A stretch of 64,000 bases of DNA from Candidatus Omnitrophota bacterium (GTDB lineage: Bacteria; Omnitrophota; Omnitrophia; Omnitrophales; Aquincolibacteriaceae): the NCBI GenBank assembly GCA_903884815.1, contig CAISGE010000032.1, forward strand, positions 5,978 through 69,977, in the 5' to 3' direction. The notes under the pieces were generated by a model. That model made no database searches. It was given only the letters and a program-made list of their open reading frames with translations, and was not told the origin of the DNA. Of the stretch, positions 54,370 to 64,000 are shown in pieces. Position numbers and translations under genes: made by a program. How positions within the stretch are numbered: the stretch's first letter is position 1; every line of letters starts with the position of its first letter.

Positions 54370-54864
54370 ATGAATTCCGGAAAAATGATCGCGTTTTTTC
54401 TTTTATCTTTTTTGATAGGGTCTGGCTGCTTCGCTGAAGCGCCCTCGCCCTCACAGGCGAAGCCATCCGCACAGGGCGTGACTCCGGCCGTCTCCCAGCC
54501 AGTTGGTCAGTGGTCCGAAGGATGGTATAAGGGCGCCGACGGGTATGAAAAAGCGATCCAGGAGTATCGTCAAACTCAAAAGGCTGTGGCTGTTTATGTC
54601 AACGTGAGTTGGTGCCCCTACTGCCGGAAATTCGAAAAAGGAATTCTCTCTTCACCGATCGTTAAGGATTTTATGAAAGATAAGATCAAGGTTAGTATCG
54701 ATCCGGAGTCTGGGGCACGGGAGAAAGAGATCGTGGCGCAGTATCGGATCCGTGGATTCCCTTCTTTTTTTCTACATTCGTCCAAGACGATGCAGGCGAT
54801 GCAACTTAGCACGAGTGTTTCTCCGGAAGAATTCATTAAGAATTTCGAACAAGCCCAAAAGTGA
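54370..54864 (+). CDS. Exported thioredoxin-family protein
   Basis: Signal peptide, WCPYC, GFPS cis-Pro loop; GGAGG RBS. Confidence 0.85.
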   Translation: MNSGKMIAFFLLSFLIGSGCFAEAPSPSQAKPSAQGVTPAVSQPVGQWSEGWYKGADGYEKAIQEYRQTQKAVAVYVNVSWCPYCRKFEKGILSSPIVKDFMKDKIKVSIDPESGAREKEIVAQYRIRGFPSFFLHSSKTMQAMQLSTSVSPEEFIKNFEQAQK

Positions 54865-55634
54865 TCCCAGTCGCGCTTTCGATCGCCGGTTCCGACCCTT
54901 CAGGCGGCGCCGGCCTTCAGGCCGATCTCAAGACTTTTCACCGGTACAAGGTCTATGGGATGGCCGTTGTCACTCTTTTGACCGCGCAAAACACCCAGGG
55001 TGTCCGGGCGGTTTACCCTGTGTCCTCCCTTCAGGTGGCCCGTCAGCTTGAAGTGGTCCTTTCCGATATCCTCCCCGGTGCAGCCAAAATCGGTGCTTTG
55101 GGGAATGAAAAGATCATTCAAGTCGTGGCGGCCTGTGTGCGGAAATTCAGTTTCCCGCTTGTCATCGATCCTGTCATGATCAGCAAACATGGCGCGCGGC
55201 TTCTTCCTCGGTATGCTGTGCATGCTTTTATTAAGAGGCTTCTCCCTCTCGCGACATTGGTTACGCCCAACCTTTGTGAAGCGGAAGCTTTGAGCGGTCT
55301 CCGGGTCCGTGACGTAGAATCGATGGAAAAAGCCGCGCGGATCATTTCCAGGTTTGGCCCTCGGGCCGTGCTTGTCAAAGGCGGTCATCTGGAGGGAGCG
55401 GCCCTGGATCTCTTTTATCAGGATGGCCGGATCCACTGCTTTAAGGCCCCGAGGATCAGGACACAGCACACCCATGGGACGGGCTGCACCTATTCTGCCG
55501 CCATTACCGCCGGGCTTGCCCAAGGCAAGGATCTTTTCGGTGCTATCGCGTCCGCCAAGAGGTTTATCGCGAGGGCCATCCGTACAGCCCCGGGGCTTGG
55601 ACACGGAGTGGGTCCTGTGAACCATTTCGCGTAA
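54861..55634 (+). CDS. thiD: Hydroxymethylpyrimidine/phosphomethylpyrimidine kinase
   Basis: IAGSDPSGGAGLQAD, TAQNT, DPVM, TPNL, KGGH, HTHGTGC. Confidence 0.95.
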   Translation: MIPVALSIAGSDPSGGAGLQADLKTFHRYKVYGMAVVTLLTAQNTQGVRAVYPVSSLQVARQLEVVLSDILPGAAKIGALGNEKIIQVVAACVRKFSFPLVIDPVMISKHGARLLPRYAVHAFIKRLLPLATLVTPNLCEAEALSGLRVRDVESMEKAARIISRFGPRAVLVKGGHLEGAALDLFYQDGRIHCFKAPRIRTQHTHGTGCTYSAAITAGLAQGKDLFGAIASAKRFIARAIRTAPGLGHGVGPVNHFA

Positions 55635-55716
55635 AGGGACCGCGGCTCAAATTGTTTTTTAAAAAACCTCGCGTTCGGATATAATCCTGCTCATTAATCG
55701 ACCCAAGGGGTGAAAG

Positions 55717-56310
55717 ATGATCTGTTGTCTGGATTTGGAAGGCGTGTTGATCCCAGAGATATGGATCAATGTGGCAAAGAAGACCGGCATAAAAGCACTC
55801 GAAAGGACCACTCGCGATGAGCCGGACTATGACAAGCTGATGCGCTATCGCCTCGCGATCCTGAAAAAAGAGGGGATACTCCTTTGCGATATTCAGGCTG
55901 TGATCTGGAGCATGAACCCGCTTCCGGGTGCGAAAGATTTTCTAAGGAAGCTCCACGAAACCTATCAGGTCATTATCCTTTCTGATACCTATTATGAGTT
56001 TGCCGCTTCGATGATGAAGAAGCTGGGGAATCCGACACTTTTTTGCAATTGGCTTTCGACGGATAAGAAGGGTTTTATTGCGGATTATCATTTGCGCCAG
56101 AGGAGCGGAAAGAAAGAAGCTGTCCGGGCGATCCGGAGTCTCGGCTTCAAAGTCGTCGCGGCGGGGGATTCCTATAACGATATCGCCATGCTCAAGACCG
56201 CAGACCGAGGGATTCTTTTTCGTCCCCCAGCTAAGATCGTAAAGCAGTTCCCCGAATTTCCGGTTACGATGACCTATTCCCAACTTCTCGCGGCCTTCCG
56301 TAAGAAATAA
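55717..56310 (+). CDS. thrH: Phosphoserine phosphatase/homoserine phosphotransferase (HAD)
   Basis: LDLEGVLIPEIW, TTRDEPDYD, SDT, GDSYND. Confidence 0.92.
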   Translation: MICCLDLEGVLIPEIWINVAKKTGIKALERTTRDEPDYDKLMRYRLAILKKEGILLCDIQAVIWSMNPLPGAKDFLRKLHETYQVIILSDTYYEFAASMMKKLGNPTLFCNWLSTDKKGFIADYHLRQRSGKKEAVRAIRSLGFKVVAAGDSYNDIAMLKTADRGILFRPPAKIVKQFPEFPVTMTYSQLLAAFRKK

Positions 56311-56393
56311 TCTCGTTGGCGTTCCAGCAAGACTTTCTCTGAAAATGAAGCTCTTCTCCCGCTGAGTCGTTCTCGCGGTTTCTCCGGATTCTT

Positions 56394-56783
56394 TTAGAGG
56401 TTTGTGCGGATCTTCTGCGCGGCTGCGGCAAGCTCTTCCTGTGTTGCCGTCTTAGCCCTGGCGAAGCTGAGATCGCCGACACTATTGATCGGGATTAAAT
56501 GAACATGGGCGTGAGGGACTTCGATCCCGGCGACCATGATCCCGACTTTTTTGCAGGGGAATGCTTTTCCGATCGCCCGGGCGACCTTTTTGGCGAAGAC
56601 CATCAGCCCCTTCAGCAGTTCGTCTTCCATATCAAAGATATAATCGATCTCCTGTTTCGGGATCACAAGCGTGTGACCGGGGTTGACCGGGCGTAGGTCC
56701 AGGAACGCCAGATAGCGGTTGTCTTCGAGAATCTTATGAGCGGGGATCTCGCCTGAAATGATTTTTGTGAATAGGGTTGGCAT
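56394..56783 (-). CDS. HIT family nucleotide hydrolase
   Basis: FTKIISGEIP, GHTLVIPK, VPHAHVHLIP; AAGGAGG RBS. Confidence 0.93.
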   Translation of the reverse strand: MPTLFTKIISGEIPAHKILEDNRYLAFLDLRPVNPGHTLVIPKQEIDYIFDMEDELLKGLMVFAKKVARAIGKAFPCKKVGIMVAGIEVPHAHVHLIPINSVGDLSFARAKTATQEELAAAAQKIRTNL

Positions 56784-56913
56784 GAAAACCTCCTTGAGAA
56801 GGGCTCGGTTTGATTTTTGTTTATTGTAAGGGGCATTTTAAAAGAGGGGTACCCTTTTTTAACGCGAATGCGCTACAATGTAGCGTTAACACTATTCAAT
56901 AGGAGGACGTGCC

Positions 56914-57258
56914 ATGGTGGACGAAAATAAAAATACTGTTTTAGGCGTGAAGGAAAATATCGAGGCGGTTCTTTGCTACGCTCTCGGCTGGATCACGGGG
57001 CTTGTGTTTTTGCTCCTGGAACAAAAAAATGAGTTCGTTCGTTTTCACGCGATGCAGTCCCTTGCGACATTCCTCGGGCTTTTCATTGTTTCATTGGTGC
57101 TCGGGTTTATTCCGTTTCTCGGGATTCTGATCAATCTATTGATCTGGCCCCTCAGTGTGGTTCTCTGGATCGTGCTGATGGTGAAAGCCTACAAGGGGGA
57201 ACGTTATAAATTGCCGGTGGTCGGCGATTTCGTCGAAAAACAGCTCGGCAGTAAATAA
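56914..57258 (+). CDS. DUF4870-type membrane protein
   Basis: LCY..GWITG, FVRFHAMQS, KAYKGERYKLP; AGGAGG RBS. Confidence 0.85.
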   Translation: MVDENKNTVLGVKENIEAVLCYALGWITGLVFLLLEQKNEFVRFHAMQSLATFLGLFIVSLVLGFIPFLGILINLLIWPLSVVLWIVLMVKAYKGERYKLPVVGDFVEKQLGSK

Positions 57259-57348
57259 CCTCAAAAGAATAGAGGGCTCGTTTCTCGGGACTTGGGACAC
57301 AAAAAATTGTCAAACCGAGATAAATCTGTGGAAACGAGCTCTTTTTTT

Positions 57349-57660
57349 ATGACGGATTTTCAATGCCGCCAGTGTGGCGTCTGTTGCAAACAACCCGGTT
57401 TTGTGTATCTCGCAAGCGGGGACGCTGAGCGTCTTGCCGCGTATCTCAAGATGGATATTTACTCCTTTACGCAGGCTTACTGTCTTCTTCAGGACCGGCG
57501 TTATCTCGCCCTTAAAAAAAATCAGGATGAAAGTTGCCTTTTTTTGAAGTCGAAGGGGTGCTCCGCTTATGACGCGCGGCCCGCGCAGTGCCGCGAATTC
57601 CCCTTGAGATGGAAAACTGAAAAAAGCCTTAAATACTGCGAAGGGTTGAAGCCGCGCTGA
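57349..57660 (+). CDS. YkgJ-family cysteine cluster protein
   Basis: CRQCGVCC...CLFL...CSAYDARPAQCREFP. Confidence 0.88.
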   Translation: MTDFQCRQCGVCCKQPGFVYLASGDAERLAAYLKMDIYSFTQAYCLLQDRRYLALKKNQDESCLFLKSKGCSAYDARPAQCREFPLRWKTEKSLKYCEGLKPR

Positions 57661-57859
57661 GAACCGGGACCCTCGGCGGTGGACTTCAAAAATCTGCCTC
57701 ATCTCGCGGCCTGAGATGGCCGATAACCCAGGAGTGCGGTTCAGAGGTTAATCCCAAATAGCACATTTATCTGCGGTGTGCTTAAATGTGGTAAAATCAG
57801 ACCTGCGGTTCTTCCTTAGAACCAAGGACTGATAATTAAGCGGAGGCGAGGCGGCAAAG

Positions 57860-58285
57860 ATGCTTATTAAAGATATTATGACCCGGGATGTCATCACCTT
57901 GAACATCGATGATTCTTTCTGTAAGGTAGCGGACATTTTTCAGAAAAAAAACATTCGTCACTTGCCGGTTGTCAATTCGCAGGGAGAGATCCTGGGGATC
58001 ATTTCCCAAAGCGACTTGAACCGCATTGCTTCTCCCCAAAAAAAGGAGCAGGGAGATTACCTGTACTCTTCGGAGGACCTTTGCAAGTATGTTTTAGGGC
58101 AGCATCTCATTCAGAAAATCCTAACACTTTCTCCCGAGGATTCCCTTGAAACGGCCGTGGAGCTCATGGCTCGGATGAAATTAGGCTGTATCCCGATCGT
58201 AGGCCCAGATGGAAAAGTAGCCGGGATCGTGACTCCGGTGGATATGATGAAGCTTTTTTTAAAGGATCTTCGCGCGTCTCGCTAA
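57860..58285 (+). CDS. CBS-domain pair protein
   Basis: IKDIMT, IRHLPVV, GIIS, GCIPIV, GIVT. Confidence 0.9.
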   Translation: MLIKDIMTRDVITLNIDDSFCKVADIFQKKNIRHLPVVNSQGEILGIISQSDLNRIASPQKKEQGDYLYSSEDLCKYVLGQHLIQKILTLSPEDSLETAVELMARMKLGCIPIVGPDGKVAGIVTPVDMMKLFLKDLRASR

Positions 58286-58327
58286 CTGTTCTTGTTTCTC
58301 AAAAGGCCTTAATTAGGAATTAATCTT

Positions 58328-59074
58328 ATGAAAAAAAAGATTCTGGTCGTTGATGATGAACCTTTTTTCATCGAAGTCTTCACGTTGAAGCTTGTCGAGG
58401 CTGGTTTTGAGGTTTGTTCTGCCCGGAATGGTGCGGAAGCGGTTGCAAAGGTCAAGGCGGAAAAACCTCATTTGATCATCATGGATGTGATGATGCCTGT
58501 AATGAGTGGTTTTGATGCGACGCAGAAGATACGGGAGGACCCCGCTGCGGCGAATGTCCCGATCATTATTTTTACGGCGAAGGGCTCCATGATGGATTTC
58601 TTTTCTGGCATGCGCGCGATTGAAAGCATGTCCAAAACCGTGGGTGCAGATCATGTGATCGAGCGTGTGGTGGCCCTTATCGGGCAGCCTCCCCCCAGTG
58701 TGGGAGGTTTGAAACGGGCGGTACTTCTTGGTGTGGAAGATGCTCTGGTGGAAAAGGTTCGAGTCCTTCTTAAGGGACTTAAGTACGAAGTTTTTCCGGC
58801 GTTGAATGAAAAAGAAGCGGTGATGATGGCAGAAAATCTTAAACCCGCGGCGATTTTCTGCCAACTCTGGGAGGACAGCAGCGTCCTGGATGCTCCGAAG
58901 ATCGCCCAAGGATTGGCGAAGAACGCCGCGATCGCGGGCATTCCTTTTTATATTTACTGCAAGGAGGCACTTTCGGTGGAGGCCATGAAGCATTTTTCTC
59001 TTGGAAATATCATTACTTACAAGGAAAGTAGCGAGCTTTTGAAGAAGCTGGAAGTGTTGCTCAGTAAAAAATAA
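58328..59074 (+). CDS. Response regulator: REC + degenerate second REC domain
   Basis: ILVVDDE, IMDVMMP, FTA; C-domain paralogous to 44656-45393. Confidence 0.88.
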   Translation: MKKKILVVDDEPFFIEVFTLKLVEAGFEVCSARNGAEAVAKVKAEKPHLIIMDVMMPVMSGFDATQKIREDPAAANVPIIIFTAKGSMMDFFSGMRAIESMSKTVGADHVIERVVALIGQPPPSVGGLKRAVLLGVEDALVEKVRVLLKGLKYEVFPALNEKEAVMMAENLKPAAIFCQLWEDSSVLDAPKIAQGLAKNAAIAGIPFYIYCKEALSVEAMKHFSLGNIITYKESSELLKKLEVLLSKK

Positions 59075-59126
59075 AACCAAGCCAGACATTTCTCCGGGCT
59101 TGGTTCCGCGATGCCGTTGTCCCGAA

Positions 59127-60503
59127 CTAAAGAATCTTTCCCTCAGTTTCTGCCCTGTCGGGTTTGTCCATTTTTAACAAGGGGCGCGGAGGAAGTGTGA
59201 GGACGAACTGCGAGCCTTTGCCGGGCTGGCTTTCAACCCAGATCTTTCCGCCATGCATTTTGACAAACTTTTGGCTGATCGCGAGCCCTAACCCCGTTCC
59301 TTTGAGATTGGCCGCCGTCGCGCGCCCGGCCAGCTCGTAGGGCCTGAAGATCGAAGTCTGGTTTTCCGGGGCGATCCCGGGCCCAGAATCCTCGACGGTG
59401 ATCCTTGCTCCGCCGTCCGGTTCCTTGGATAAGCGGGCATGGACAAAACCGTGTCCTGTGAATTTGATGGCGTTTGAAAGAAGGTTGTAAAGCACCTGGC
59501 GCAGTTTGAGCTCATCGCCGGTGATCTTGAGGCTCGCGGGGGTCTCGATGAATTTGAGGGTTAGACTCTTTTGGGACGCCTCTTCATAAAAAAGGTCGAG
59601 CGCGTTGCGGATGATGCCCACGAGTTCAATCTCCCGGGGGAGTAGCTGCATTCTTTTAGACTCGATCTTGGAAAGTTCGAGCACGTCCGTGACGAGGTCG
59701 CGAAGGTGCTTGGCTCCAAGTTCGATGCGTGTCAGAAAATCCTTCTGTTTTTCTGTCGGGGGCTCTGTCGGGCTCTCAAGGAGCAATTGTGAAAAGCCGA
59801 GCATGGAATTGAGCGGTGCGCGGATATCATGACTCATGTGGGAGAAGTATTCGGTTTGCAGATGATAAGCGTATTTGACCTTCTCGTTTGTTTCCCGGAG
59901 CTCGTGGAGGAGCTGTTCCAGGCGCTCTTCCTGTTTCACAAGGGGCGTTGCGAGGGACCTGACCAGGATTGCGATCAAATAAAAGAAGGCAATGTGGCGG
60001 ACGATAATGGCTGTTTCCTGGATCCGGCTCAGGCCAACCCCGAAAGAAACCGTGGGAGGGATGATGTGGAGATGGCCGAGAATGGTCAGTGCCGCGTAGA
60101 GAGCTGCCGCCAAGGTGGTCATTTGCAGGACCAGAAAAAGGGGAAGATTCAGGGCGCAGTAGACGATCGAGATGCAGAGGCAGGAGGTATAAAGAAACAG
60201 GTCGACGCTCCCGAAAAGGTGCAGGGTGGAGACCGCGGCCAGAAAATCAATCACAACAGAGCCGACCAGGGCATTGAAACCGGATGCCGCACTTTTAAAG
60301 AAAACCTTGTAGGGACGGTTCAGGAAGAGCTCGATCAGGATGACCAGATAAAGGGGCCAGAGATTTTCGATAGTGAAATTGCCCCATTTGCAGGTAAGGA
60401 TGTAAGCAGGGAGGAGAAAAAGAATGGTGAGGATGCGGCGCCGATAGAGTTTCCGGGCTTTTTTGTAAATCGCGTCAGCCGGGGTCTTGGGGGTGATTCT
60501 CAT
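59127..60503 (-). CDS. Membrane-bound sensor histidine kinase
   Basis: Several N-terminal TM helices; SHDIRAPL (H box), NLLSNAIKF, DSGPGI, GTGLGL. Confidence 0.92.
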   Translation of the reverse strand: MRITPKTPADAIYKKARKLYRRRILTILFLLPAYILTCKWGNFTIENLWPLYLVILIELFLNRPYKVFFKSAASGFNALVGSVVIDFLAAVSTLHLFGSVDLFLYTSCLCISIVYCALNLPLFLVLQMTTLAAALYAALTILGHLHIIPPTVSFGVGLSRIQETAIIVRHIAFFYLIAILVRSLATPLVKQEERLEQLLHELRETNEKVKYAYHLQTEYFSHMSHDIRAPLNSMLGFSQLLLESPTEPPTEKQKDFLTRIELGAKHLRDLVTDVLELSKIESKRMQLLPREIELVGIIRNALDLFYEEASQKSLTLKFIETPASLKITGDELKLRQVLYNLLSNAIKFTGHGFVHARLSKEPDGGARITVEDSGPGIAPENQTSIFRPYELAGRATAANLKGTGLGLAISQKFVKMHGGKIWVESQPGKGSQFVLTLPPRPLLKMDKPDRAETEGKIL

Positions 60504-60679
60504 AGAGCACCTCATGTTTTTGACCCGAATCCTGTAAACGAGTCTTTATCATAACGAAGCATGCAGCAAAAAGGAACTCCGATTTTTTAAAAAAATGTTA
60601 TAGGCTTGTTGTGGCGGACTTTCTCCGCTGGTAGAATGATATAGCGTTTTCCAGCACACGACTGACTGAAAGGACGTTT

Positions 60680-61789
60680 ATGGATACCAATGCATATTTA
60701 AGGTCTTGTCTCTCGATGGTCATCGAACAGAAGGGACAGGACGTTTTTCTAAAAGCAGGATCTGCTCCCCGCATGCGTCTTGGCGGGCAGGTCAACCCTA
60801 TGCCTTTGAAGCCGATCGCGGCGGAGGAACTCGCAGAGCTTGTGGAAGAGCTTCTTGATTCGCGGCAGAAAGATCTACTGCTGACGAATAAAGGCGTGGA
60901 TTTTGGCTTTTCTTATCGGGAGAGAGATTGCCGCTTTCGAGCGAATGCTTTTTATCAGCAGGGGAATATCTCGCTTGTTTTTCGTTTGTTGTGGAAGGGG
61001 ATTCCGAACTTTGAGGATCTCCGGCTCCCGCCCGTCCTGGAAAAGATCGCCCTTGAAAAATCGGGCATTATTCTTGTTGGGGGGACGGTCTCCTCAGGAA
61101 AAACATCAACGGTGGCCGCGATGCTCCGGACGATGAACGAGAATGTAGAAAAACATATTATTACGATCGAAGATCCCGTGGAGTATCTGCACCCAGACGG
61201 GAAGTGCCTTATTCAGCAGCGCGAAATCGGACAGGACGCGGAAAGTTTTCCCTCAGCGCTGAAATCCATGGTTCGTCAGTCCCCGGACGTGATCGTGATC
61301 GGTGAGATGCGTGATGCGGAGTCTTTCAATTTTGCGCTTGCAGCGGCGGAAGTCGGACGGCTTGTCATCGCGACGATCCACGCGCAATCCGCCCCGCAGA
61401 TCTTTGAGCGCATTCTCGGTTTTTTTCGTCGGGAGGGTGAGCGGGACACTGTCCTGCACCATTTTGCCCAGAACATGACCTGCATGGCGGTCCAAAAGCT
61501 TCTCCCGGATAAAGAAGGCACCGGCCTGGTTCCCTCTGTTGAGATCATGCTCGGGAACTACACGATCAAGCAGCTGATCATCGAAAAGAAAATGGAAAAA
61601 CTTCCGCAGGCGATCCGTAACGCCCACCAGGAAGGCATGCAGACCATGGATCAATCTCTTCTGGATCTTTGGAAAGCCGGGCACATCGAACAGGAGACAG
61701 CGGTCAGTGCGAGCGCTTCCCCGGAAGATCTGATCGCTCTGATGAAGGGATTTCGGATCGGTCAGGACACGAAGATTCTCGGAGGTTAG
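60680..61789 (+). CDS. pilT: PilT/PilU-family type IV pilus retraction ATPase
   Basis: RFRANAF, GTVSSGKTST, TIEDPVE, QREIG, PDVIVIGEMRD, GMQTMDQSL. Confidence 0.88.
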   Translation: MDTNAYLRSCLSMVIEQKGQDVFLKAGSAPRMRLGGQVNPMPLKPIAAEELAELVEELLDSRQKDLLLTNKGVDFGFSYRERDCRFRANAFYQQGNISLVFRLLWKGIPNFEDLRLPPVLEKIALEKSGIILVGGTVSSGKTSTVAAMLRTMNENVEKHIITIEDPVEYLHPDGKCLIQQREIGQDAESFPSALKSMVRQSPDVIVIGEMRDAESFNFALAAAEVGRLVIATIHAQSAPQIFERILGFFRREGERDTVLHHFAQNMTCMAVQKLLPDKEGTGLVPSVEIMLGNYTIKQLIIEKKMEKLPQAIRNAHQEGMQTMDQSLLDLWKAGHIEQETAVSASASPEDLIALMKGFRIGQDTKILGG

Positions 61790-61822
61790 GACCCAGGAAG
61801 GGATTCGGATTTTCTGTAGAGA

Positions 61823-61862
61823 AAAGGGGACGGGCATCCGCTGATTGCCCGTCCCCTTTTTT
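61823..61862. terminator. Intrinsic (probably bidirectional) terminator between convergent genes
   Basis: aaaaggggacgggca ... tgcccgtcccctttttt hairpin with A and T tails. Confidence 0.75.
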
Positions 61863-61863
61863 G

Positions 61864-62925
61864 TTAACTTGGTTCCGAGTACTTCGTCCGGTAGATCTTG
61901 ATGAGAGCGAAGAAGAGAGAGAGCACCACGGGTGCCAGGAAAATGCCCATCAGGCCATAGAGCTTCATCCCGCCCATGATTCCGAAGAAAAGCAGGAAGT
62001 AGGGCAGCTTGGTCTTCTCCCCGATGACCGCCGGCTTGATGATATTGTCGAGCAGGCTGATTACGAAAAATCCTACCAGGAAAAGGATGATCGCCTTTTT
62101 GAAAAGATGCATCAGCAGAAAATAGATCGCCATGGGAGCCCAGATGCTTGCGGCACCGAGGATTGGGACCAGGGAGGTCAGGAAGATCAGGAAGGTGAAA
62201 AAAAGCGGGAGTGGGACGCCAAGCGCTGTGAACAGGATTCCCGCCACTGTCGCCTGGGAGACGCTTGTCAAAAGCTGGCCGCGGATGACAGCCACAAACG
62301 TTTCATGAATCTGCGTGAAAAGGGCTTTTTTTGTTTCTTCCTCGAAGGGGGCGATCTCATAAATGAAGCGGTAGATCTTCTCCCCGTGCCGAAAAAAAAT
62401 AAAGGTGAGGAATGACATGAAAAAAACGTTCAAGAGGACAAAGAAAATATTCTTGGTGAAGGTGCCTGCCTGGGAAGCGGCGAGGTTCCCGAGCGTTTTA
62501 GCTGTTCCGAGAAGCCATGAGGATAGGGCGTTTTTGACGTCCGCGGACGCGACGAGACGCGCCTGTACCGCCTGGAACCAGGGGATATCCCGGACCTTCT
62601 CGATCAGCAGTTCCAGCTTTCCTTCCCGGACATAGTGGAAGGACCATTGGGAGAACTCAATGATCTGGGTGGCCATATTGATCAAGATCATGATGAGCGG
62701 GGGAACGACGATGAGGAAGACCACGACCGTCATCAGGAGCGCGATGGAATTGTTCCTCTTTGGAAAAATCCGCCGCAGTTTCGCGTAGACCGGATAAAAA
62801 GCAAAAGCGAGAATCGCCGCCCAAAAGATCGCCGTGAGGAATGGCGCAAAGATCTGAAAAACTTCGTAGACGATGAAAGCCAGGACTGCGATGAAGAAAA
62901 AGGATATGAATTGATCGCGTTTCAT
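61864..62925 (-). CDS. AI-2E family (PerM/YdiK) transporter
   Basis: Multi-TM; LDNIIKP, GIMGG...GLMGIFLAP. Confidence 0.9.
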   Translation of the reverse strand: MKRDQFISFFFIAVLAFIVYEVFQIFAPFLTAIFWAAILAFAFYPVYAKLRRIFPKRNNSIALLMTVVVFLIVVPPLIMILINMATQIIEFSQWSFHYVREGKLELLIEKVRDIPWFQAVQARLVASADVKNALSSWLLGTAKTLGNLAASQAGTFTKNIFFVLLNVFFMSFLTFIFFRHGEKIYRFIYEIAPFEEETKKALFTQIHETFVAVIRGQLLTSVSQATVAGILFTALGVPLPLFFTFLIFLTSLVPILGAASIWAPMAIYFLLMHLFKKAIILFLVGFFVISLLDNIIKPAVIGEKTKLPYFLLFFGIMGGMKLYGLMGIFLAPVVLSLFFALIKIYRTKYSEPS

Positions 62926-62968
62926 GCTTCTAGTCTAGCGGATTCCATATTTTTAGCAAGAGGGGAGC

Positions 62969-63889
62969 TTATTTCTTGATGAGGTAATTCCGGACGTAGT
63001 CGAGGATGCCTTTGCGCGTGGTGTATTCGCAACGAAAGCCGGTCATTTGCTCATGATGGCTCATGTCCGCCTGTGTGAAGTTCTGGTAGAAGGCCGTGTA
63101 GGGATTGTCGAAGTAATCGGGCTTCAGGTTCGTCCCGAGGGCTTCATTCAGGGCATCGACGATCTCGTTGAAGGCCGTGGGCTGGCCTGTTCCGAGGTTC
63201 ATCACGGTGGAGATCTTGGCTTTATGGGCCATGAGGATGGCGGTGACGACATCTTTGACGTAAATGTGATCGCGCTTCTGCTCGCCCCACTTGAAGATGC
63301 GGGGGCGGTGCCCTTCCATCATCTTGAGCGCGAGCTGATAGATCATGCTAGAGGCATGGCCTTTGAAGTTTTCCCGGGGGCCGAAGACGTTGAAAAAGCG
63401 TAGTCCCACGACCTTGATCTTGTCGTAATAGGAGGGTGCGAGCTGGTCCATGATCCACTTGGAGTACCCGTAGATGTTGTTTGGCTGACCCGCGTCCGAT
63501 TCCTTGATCGGTCGGTCGATCGAGCCATAGGTCGCGGCAGAAGAGGCGTAGACCACGGTGGCTTTCTTGTCCACGGCCAGGTCGAGGACATTTCGGAATC
63601 CTTCGACGTTATCGTACATCATCTTTTGCTCGTCGAGGATCGTGGTATCGGTGATGGCGGCCATGTGATAAATGATGTCAAGCTTCTTGCCTCCGGCCCA
63701 GTTCATCCAGGCCTTGTCGGCGCAGTCGTAAGCTAGGACGTCGCCTTTGAATCCGAGGATATTCTTGAAACAGGAGCTGCGGAAGTCTTCCAGGATCGTG
63801 ATCCTGGCCTCGGGAAGGCGGGATTGGAGTTCGAGGGCGATATTCGAGCCGATAAAGCCGGCGCCGCCGGTAACAAGGATATTTTTCAT
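62969..63889 (-). CDS. rfaD: ADP-L-glycero-D-manno-heptose 6-epimerase
   Basis: TGGAGFIGSN, YASSAATYG, NIYGYSK, FFNVFGPRE, KGHASSM, YQNFTQAD. Confidence 0.88.
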   Translation of the reverse strand: MKNILVTGGAGFIGSNIALELQSRLPEARITILEDFRSSCFKNILGFKGDVLAYDCADKAWMNWAGGKKLDIIYHMAAITDTTILDEQKMMYDNVEGFRNVLDLAVDKKATVVYASSAATYGSIDRPIKESDAGQPNNIYGYSKWIMDQLAPSYYDKIKVVGLRFFNVFGPRENFKGHASSMIYQLALKMMEGHRPRIFKWGEQKRDHIYVKDVVTAILMAHKAKISTVMNLGTGQPTAFNEIVDALNEALGTNLKPDYFDNPYTAFYQNFTQADMSHHEQMTGFRCEYTTRKGILDYVRNYLIKK

Positions 63890-64000
63890 AAGAGGTATCA
63901 TAGCCAGATTTGACGAAAGTTCAAACCTTAAATGCCACAGGGTCCAACAAAGGGGGGGAGTGCCGTATTGTTCTTCGACAGGGGAATGGGAATTTTTTAG

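Noticed and set aside
54840-54870. TPP riboswitch before thiD
   Set aside because: thiD overlaps the upstream gene; there is no leader
57690-57725. SRP RNA-like CAGG...GCAG on the minus strand
   Set aside because: Lacks the CAGG-stem-GNRA-stem-AGCAG domain IV geometry
1-64000. Prophage, IS, integron, retron/DGR or defence island
   Set aside because: No integrase, transposase, reverse transcriptase, phage structural or nuclease ORF recognised in the window

Overview
64-kb, roughly 55% GC (visual estimate) bacterial chromosomal window, gene-dense and almost entirely coded on the + strand. The gene style suggests an anaerobic PVC-superphylum lineage such as Ca. Omnitrophota; this is inference only. 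In order it contains: (1) an arg operon (argJ end, argBDFGH) running into lysA, a CDP-3,6-dideoxyhexose trio (rfbFGH), homospermidine synthase + ornithine/lysine decarboxylase and dapFAB; (2) a three-gene envelope cassette (beta-barrel protein, 1,600-aa CBM-like/DUF11/SdrD-B/Ig/beta-barrel protein, lipoprotein); (3) uvrA, an FtsH-like protease, rubrerythrin, fba, an epimerase, a flavodoxin-fold reductase, a PEPCK-like P-loop protein and a GH57; (4) two different electron-transfer-flavoprotein modules (long acyl-CoA dehydrogenase + FixCX-like + atypical EtfB/EtfA; ETF-QO + single-chain EtfB-EtfA fusion); (5) small membrane and housekeeping genes, two paralogous REC-pseudoREC regulators, a histidine kinase, PilT, an AI-2E transporter and rfaD. 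No rRNA, tRNA, CRISPR, integrase or transposase was seen. The most notable unexplained signals are non-coding. A ~165-nt four-hairpin element with compensatory base changes occurs twice in 5' leaders (29548-29713, 48351-48516), with a related partial copy at 36691-36766. Two families of heptamer-built inverted repeats lie between genes, and one pair brackets an orphan gene as nested inverted repeats. Three different palindromic elements appear to be read in frame within the signal peptides of exported proteins.
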